NCBI RefSeq assembly: GCF_000143415.4
Contig: NW_003314263.1
Span: 557,035-621,034, forward strand
Origin: Selaginella moellendorffii
Taxonomy: Eukaryota > Plantae > Lycopodiophyta
Reading direction: 5' to 3'
DNA: 64,000 bases
The notes beneath the pieces were generated by a model, which did no database searches, was not told the DNA's origin, and was given only the letters and a program-made list of their open reading frames with translations. The position numbers and the translations under genes are program-made. Each line of letters opens with the position of its first letter. Positions within the stretch are counted from its first letter, which is position 1. Shown here piece by piece: positions 63,254-64,000 of this stretch.

Positions 63254-64000
63254 TGTAAGGAACCAACTTTCCAAGGTGTTGTAGGCTAAAGGATCCCCGA
63301 AAGCATGACCAAAATGACAAAGAGTTCATCGGATGGGACCGAATCAAAGATTGAGTCCAAGACCGACTCTGAGACCGAGTTTGAGATAGAGTTCAGGATC
63401 AAGTTCGAGGCCGAATCGGAGACCGAGTTTGAGATCGAGTTCGAGACCGAGTTCGAGATCCAAATCAGGTCCGAGACCGAGTCCGAAGTCGAGTCCGAAG
63501 TCGAGTCTGAGATCGGGTCCGAGACCGAGTCCGAAGTCGGGTCCGAGATCGAGTCCGATATCGAGTCCGAGACCGAGTCCGAAGTCAGGTCTGAGATTGA
63601 GTCCGAGTACTAATACGGGTCAAGGGGTGAAAGCCCAAAGTGTGCGTCTCCCAGGGGGGGGGGGGCGGGGGGGGGATGCAGGGGGCTTCCAAAAGTATAG
63701 TAGGGATAGTGAGGTCTAGGAACCAGTCTTGAAGGAACTCTCCAGTGGTGCTTCCAAATTGACTTGAGGTTGAGATTGGGGCCGAGGGTCCTTGGGTGGG
63801 AGTGAGCAGGGACTTGGATGGTGCCAGAGGGGCCACCCCAAGAAGTGCTCAAGAGCAGATCCCACTCCCGAAAGGGAAACCGACTGCGGTGCTCCCGGCT
63901 CATGTGGAGTGGTGTCCCACTTGAGTACCATATGGCTCATTGGGCCCCGCCCCTTCCTAGGGGCTTGGGCCTTTCCTTCGGGGATGGAAGTGGGGGGGGG
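63254..64000 (+). mobile_element. Start of another related LTR inserted in the decayed element, running off the window
   Basis: TGTAAG start where B homology breaks; hexamer array; shared GGGTGAAAGCCCAAAG..polyG..TTCCAAAAGTATAGTAGGGA module. Confidence 0.65.

Overview
Compact land-plant genomic DNA. The 45-60 nt introns and dense genes fit a lycophyte such as Selaginella (inference). The left arm holds an alpha/beta-hydrolase head-to-head with DNA primase small subunit, an aromatic amino-acid decarboxylase-family gene, ATG11, a GST pseudogene, a young Ty3/gypsy element and a tau-class GST. From 16.4 to 53.2 kb lies a nest of mobile elements whose TSDs are mostly readable: an old gypsy (A2) contains LTR element B, which contains LTR element C (itself holding a truncated B-family copy) and a 13.4-kb TIR DNA transposon. 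The right arm has a second GST, a CYP71-clan P450, a small inverted-repeat element and decayed LTRs. The best candidate for a new system is the 13.4-kb Sola-like transposon (24-bp TIRs, 4-bp TSD). Besides its transposase it carries an apparently intact 11-exon gene of about 1630 aa with ParB-like, degenerate amino-methyltransferase-like and FCP1/HAD-like regions. It is also studded with about 26 copies of a 22-bp palindrome (ATGGCRTG-N6-CAYGCCAT), many inside its introns. All domain calls are by eye and need HMM or structure confirmation.
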